Shown here: piece after piece, positions 35,262-36,726 of the stretch
Numbering within the stretch: position 1 is the first letter of the stretch
Layout of the letters: each line of letters starts with the position of its first letter
Origin: Thermoplasmata archaeon
Lineage (GTDB): Archaea > Thermoplasmatota > Thermoplasmata > Halarchaeoplasmatales > Halarchaeoplasmataceae
Direction: 5' to 3'
Assembly: GCA_007129655.1 (NCBI GenBank)
Contig: SKVC01000091.1
Coordinates: forward strand, 1-36,726
DNA length: 36,726 bases
Position numbers and translations under genes: made by a program
Notes under the pieces: model-generated
Database searches by the model: none
What the model saw: only the letters and a program-made list of their open reading frames with translations
What the model was told of the DNA's origin: nothing

Positions 35262-36107
35262 TCACTGTTTTTTGTTGCATATATCCATGGCTGCTGCCAG
35301 ACCGGTACCCCATGCCAGGGATGCATGTCTGTAACCGCCGAGAACCAGGGAGCCCACTAAATATAGTCTGTCTACATCGGTACTGCCTGAAGGGAATTTT
35401 ACATCGCCATATGAGAAGTCCATAGGTGGTACGCAGGGCTCACGTCCTATGGCCACTACGACCGTATCGCACTTTAAGATCTCTTCCCCAAAATTCAACT
35501 TATAGCCTCTTTCTTCAACTTCCCAGTCCTTCAGTTCCCCGTTCAGTACACGTATATCCTGCCGTTTTACTTCGTCGATCAGCGTTTGAAGTGCTTTCGG
35601 TTCGCCCCTCTGCAGAATCACGGACTCACCACCGAGTTCGTTTATCCGAAGAGCATAATCGTAGGCTGCATCTCCGCCGCCCACCACGCCAACGGTTTCG
35701 TATGTATGATCGCGCCATTCGGGATGATATTTTTCATCCGGAATACCCAGTCCTCTCGGTTTGGTGCCGGTGGCCAGTACCAGATTATTCGAGCTGACCA
35801 CACTGCCGTCCTTCATGACAGATTCGAAGCTGTTCTTCTTCTCAGATATTTCAGTTACTTCGTCTTTTAGCACCGTTAAATCGTGATCGCTGATTATATC
35901 GGTTAGCTCTTCAACAGCTTCTCTGCCACTCATATCACGCAAGCCGGGAAAGTTCTCGATACGGTTCGCCTGGTAGAGCAACCCGCCCGGTCGATCTCTC
36001 TCTATCAACAGTACATCCTCTATCCCTTGGCGTATGCACTGCTGTGCACATGCTATTCCCGCCGGACCGGCGCCTATGATCGCAACCTCTGCTCTACGTT
36101 TTTGCAT
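35262..36107 (-). CDS. FAD/NAD(P)-dependent pyridine-nucleotide-disulfide oxidoreductase-fold protein (thioredoxin-reductase-like, no CxxC in the NADPH domain)
   Basis: It has two Rossmann dinucleotide motifs (VAIIGAGPAG and VGVVGGGDAAYDYA). The ATG at 36107 (MQKRRAEVAIIG) is preferred over 36134. Confidence 0.7.
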   Translation of the reverse strand: MQKRRAEVAIIGAGPAGIACAQQCIRQGIEDVLLIERDRPGGLLYQANRIENFPGLRDMSGREAVEELTDIISDHDLTVLKDEVTEISEKKNSFESVMKDGSVVSSNNLVLATGTKPRGLGIPDEKYHPEWRDHTYETVGVVGGGDAAYDYALRINELGGESVILQRGEPKALQTLIDEVKRQDIRVLNGELKDWEVEERGYKLNFGEEILKCDTVVVAIGREPCVPPMDFSYGDVKFPSGSTDVDRLYLVGSLVLGGYRHASLAWGTGLAAAMDICNKKQ

Positions 36108-36715
36108 AGTAATATCTCCGCCAGACCGTGGCATATGGATTTAAGGGAGGACATATGCACTTCTTCGCCGCTGGTAGCGGTAGCGTCTGCGATGAAAAAG
36201 GTGCGGTAATCGCGTATGAAGGCTTCCCTGCAACTGGTTTCACAGCATATGTCAGTCATCACTCCGGAGATGAAGATGTTCTCGATGTCGTCCAAATGCT
36301 CTTCCAGTTCCGTCCGATAAAAAGAAGAGTATGTCGGTTTTTTTATCAGTTCTCCCTTTACATCGATCCTTTCATCGAGTTCGGTCATGGGACCTTCTGT
36401 TATGATGGAGCTCCACCATTCCAGCATGGAGCCCTTTTCTTCCGGATCCTGTACCGTAGTCGTATAGAGTACCTTACCGCCTTTATCAACGAACAGCTTT
36501 ACTAGATAGTTTATGTTATCGATGATAGCTTCTGCAGCCGGCAGATATGCGTGGCTCTCGGGATCCAAAAAATATTTCTGCATATCGATAACGAGGAGTG
36601 CGCTTTTACCCGTATGAATATCGCCGGGCCATCGTTTGCAGAAGGGTAGTTCTTCCAACCAGCCGGCGGCTTTACGCTCGATATTTTCCGATGTCAGGTA
36701 GTTCGCTTTTTTCAT
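36074..36715 (-). CDS. Isochorismatase-family cysteine hydrolase (nicotinamidase/amidohydrolase-like)
   Basis: It has ALLVIDMQKYF (catalytic Asp context) and ISGVMTDICCETSCREA (catalytic Cys context). Length is 213 aa. Confidence 0.75.
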   Translation of the reverse strand: MKKANYLTSENIERKAAGWLEELPFCKRWPGDIHTGKSALLVIDMQKYFLDPESHAYLPAAEAIIDNINYLVKLFVDKGGKVLYTTTVQDPEEKGSMLEWWSSIITEGPMTELDERIDVKGELIKKPTYSSFYRTELEEHLDDIENIFISGVMTDICCETSCREAFIRDYRTFFIADATATSGEEVHMSSLKSICHGLAEILLCKNVEQRLRS

Positions 36716-36726
36716 CTATATGGATA

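Noticed and set aside
29600-36726. An impression that the right-hand ~7 kb is more GC-rich than the left part, which could indicate a horizontally acquired block.
   Set aside because: Spot counts of single 60-nt lines ranged from 37% to 50% GC and tracked gene type (AT-rich membrane proteins versus enzymes). I cannot compute a windowed profile by eye. The genes involved (leuS, tpiA) are core genes, and there are no integrase, tRNA or repeat boundaries.

Overview
This is a dense (roughly 90% coding) chromosomal segment from an archaeon. The gene set points to a euryarchaeote: TFB, Gar1, a full-length Hef helicase-nuclease, a DacZ-type diadenylate cyclase, archaeal-type TPI, LeuRS and GlmU, and an A24 preflagellin-type peptidase. 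I support about 38 protein genes, almost all housekeeping. They cover translation and RNA processing (leuS, rnz, gar1, trm11, dph6, a beta-CASP RNase), transcription (tfb), repair (hef), NAD and amino-sugar metabolism (nadC, glmS, glmU-like), glycolysis (tpiA), redox functions (thioredoxin, AhpD-like, two ferritin-like paralogues, AKR) and several membrane or surface proteins. I saw no rRNA, tRNA, CRISPR array, transposase, integrase or recognisable defence gene. Many genes have an AT-rich TATA-like box 20-30 nt upstream of the start codon, which suggests leaderless mRNAs. A few have a clear Shine-Dalgarno site, for example AGGAGG before 12108. I do not see a convincing new multi-gene system. 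The most notable observations are: (1) a CBS-repeat protein fused to an HPF/RaiA-like ribosome-hibernation fold at the left edge; (2) an orphan, membrane-anchored family-5 solute-binding/Ig-like surface protein whose cytoplasmic tail is cut by an in-frame TAA from an acidic 36-bp-repeat plus SHOCT-like ORF; (3) a pair of paralogous N-terminally anchored small proteins with pilin-like N-termini; (4) an ATGA-coupled glmU-glmS-DUF63 operon; (5) an overlapping isochorismatase / flavoprotein / creatininase-family operon followed by two perfect hairpins. All functional calls come from motif recognition by eye and need HMM or BLAST confirmation.
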